DNA from: Myxococcales bacterium
Lineage (GTDB): Bacteria; Myxococcota_A; Polyangia; Polyangiales; DASUME01
Reading direction: 5' to 3'
Length of the DNA stretch: 64,000 nt
NCBI GenBank assembly: GCA_047601445.1
Contig: JASGJH010000001.1
Location: 5,888,001-5,952,000, forward strand
Program-made: the position numbers and the translations under genes
Notes under the pieces: model-generated
Databases searched by the model: none
What the model was told of the DNA's origin: nothing
Seen by the model: only the letters and a program-made list of their open reading frames with translations
Part shown: positions 62,337-64,000 of the stretch, piece after piece
Layout: each line of letters opens with the position of its first letter
Numbering within the stretch: the stretch's first letter is position 1

Positions 62337-64000
62337 GTGTGCTTGCAAGGCCACCATCGAAGTCGACGCATGGCGATGCTGCTGTGCCTTTCGTCGTGGT
62401 GCTTCGCGTGCTCGGGCGAGTTGAGCGCCCCGCTCGGCCCCGTGGCCGGGGATTGGTCCGACAGCACCCGTGGCCGCGACGCAGACGGCGACGGCGTGGC
62501 CGATGAGCCCGGAGCGCACGAGAACCCCATTCTTGCCCGCTGCGAGAGCAAGGCCGTGGGACCGAGCGCGCTCAAGCGGCTCACGCACCGTGAGTACGAC
62601 AACGCAGTGCGCGACTTGCTGGGTGATACGTTGCAGCGCGCTCAGGCCTTCGCGCCGGATACGCAGCAGGATCTGTTCGACACCATGGCCGATCAAAGTG
62701 TCTCTAGCTTGCTCGGCGAGCAGTACCTCACGAGTGCGGTCGAGCTTGCGGAAGCGGTGAGCGACGTGCCCAGGCTCCTGGGTTGTGATCCGGCGGGCGC
62801 GACGGGCAGCGGCTGCGTGGAGGACTTCGTGAAGCGCTTCGCTCGGCGTGCTTTTCGGCGGCCGCTCGTCGCCGCAGAGAAGGACCGACTGCTCGTCCTC
62901 TACGAGCAAACCCGTACGGCTGCGGACGCAAACACCGGCGTGCGTGCCGTACTGTCGGCGGTGCTCGCCTCACCCAATTTCCTGTTTCGCCCCGAGTTCG
63001 GCGGCCAGTCCTCGAGCTTGCCCGAGGCGCTCAAGGCCTCCGCCTTCGAAATCGCAGCGCGCCTCTCGTTCCTTCTGTGGTCTTCCGTGCCCGACGAGGT
63101 CGTGCTCGACGCCGCGGCGAATAACCTGCTCTCGAGTCCGCAGCAGATCGAGAAGCAAGCCAGGCGCATGCTCGCCGATCCGCGCGCGCGCACGAGCATC
63201 GAGCACGTCTATCGAGAGTGGTTCGGCCTCGGCCTGCTCGACACCACCACCAAGGACAGCCAGACCTATCCCCAGTTCGACGACGCGTTGCGCGCAGCCA
63301 TGCTCGAAGAGACCCGGCGCTTCGTGAACTACGTGATGTGGGAAGACGACGCCAAGCTCGCCACGCTCCTGACGGCGCCCTATACGTTCGTCGACGGCGC
63401 GCTGGCGAAGCTCTACGACCTGAACACACCCAACGATGCCGCCAGTTTCACGAAGGTCTCGCTGGATCCCGAGCGACGCGCTGGCGTGCTCACTCAGGCC
63501 AGCGTGCTCACCGCCTACGCGGCCTCCAACGAGAGCTCTCCCGTGAAGCGAGGCAAGTGGGTGCGCACGCGCATGTTATGTCAGGATCTGCCGCATCCAC
63601 CGCCCAACGTGCCGGCCTTGCCGCCGCCCAAGCAGGGAGTATCCACACGCGAGCGCTTCGCCATGCACACAGCGAGCCCTGCTTGTGGCGGCTGCCACCA
63701 GTTGATCGACGGCCTTGGTTTCGGGCTCGAGCATTACGACGGCATCGGGGCCTATCGCACCAAGGATCTCGGCGTGCCCATCGACGCCAGCGGTGAGGTC
63801 ACCTCCACCGCGGACATCGACGGCGCATACGAGGGCGGACCCGAGCTCGCCGACCTGCTCGCCGACAGCGCTCAGGTGCGAGCTTGCGCCCCGCTGCAGT
63901 GGTTCCGCTACAGCCTGGGCCGCCGCGAGACCGATGAGGACGCATGCTCGCTGGCAGCCCTACAGAAGACCTTCGCGGAGAGCGACGGCGATCTCAAGGA
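62337..64000 (+). CDS. DUF1587/1595/1592/1588/1585 multidomain lipoprotein (3'-truncated by window edge)
   Basis: Frame open to the window end; lipobox CFA-C; RLTHREYDNAVRDLLG, RRAFRRPL, AARLSFLLWSSVPD, SSPVKRGKWV, CGGCH. Confidence 0.88.
   Translation, partial: MCLQGHHRSRRMAMLLCLSSWCFACSGELSAPLGPVAGDWSDSTRGRDADGDGVADEPGAHENPILARCESKAVGPSALKRLTHREYDNAVRDLLGDTLQRAQAFAPDTQQDLFDTMADQSVSSLLGEQYLTSAVELAEAVSDVPRLLGCDPAGATGSGCVEDFVKRFARRAFRRPLVAAEKDRLLVLYEQTRTAADANTGVRAVLSAVLASPNFLFRPEFGGQSSSLPEALKASAFEIAARLSFLLWSSVPDEVVLDAAANNLLSSPQQIEKQARRMLADPRARTSIEHVYREWFGLGLLDTTTKDSQTYPQFDDALRAAMLEETRRFVNYVMWEDDAKLATLLTAPYTFVDGALAKLYDLNTPNDAASFTKVSLDPERRAGVLTQASVLTAYAASNESSPVKRGKWVRTRMLCQDLPHPPPNVPALPPPKQGVSTRERFAMHTASPACGGCHQLIDGLGFGLEHYDGIGAYRTKDLGVPIDASGEVTSTADIDGAYEGGPELADLLADSAQVRACAPLQWFRYSLGRRETDEDACSLAALQKTFAESDGDLK

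Overview
High-GC (about 70% by eye) bacterial chromosomal segment, most likely from a myxobacterium (Myxococcota, Polyangia-like). That call is inferred from the eukaryote-like Ser/Thr kinase with PEGA/TPR/FHA partners, the Cys-rich and GD-repeat lipoproteins, the RCC1-repeat surface protein and the DUF1592-type protein. About 58 CDS are supportable. In order: a stand-alone rpsD; a two-TetR/SDR/MBL-fold cluster sharing one palindromic operator; a sigma54-type nitrate/nitrite/cyanate-family ABC operon with a porin-like gene, a triple-GAF protein and a NifA-like activator; surface lipoproteins; hrcA-grpE-dnaK; pfkA; a GAF-PAS-GGDEF cyclase; glycosyltransferases; thiE; a Fic protein with a non-canonical active site; a tightly coupled small ORF-Omp85-DUF4390-NtrY-like kinase-TlpA operon; pirin; a Ser/Thr kinase signalling module; an ABC1 kinase; and an ECF sigma/anti-sigma module divergent from a DUF1592 gene. 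Three genes (dnaK, DUF2079, the Ser/Thr kinase) carry the same kind of +1 A insertion before an Ile codon, probably a systematic sequencing error. I recognised no rRNA, tRNA, CRISPR array, transposase or prophage. All family calls come from motif recognition by eye, not database searches, and several start codons are uncertain.
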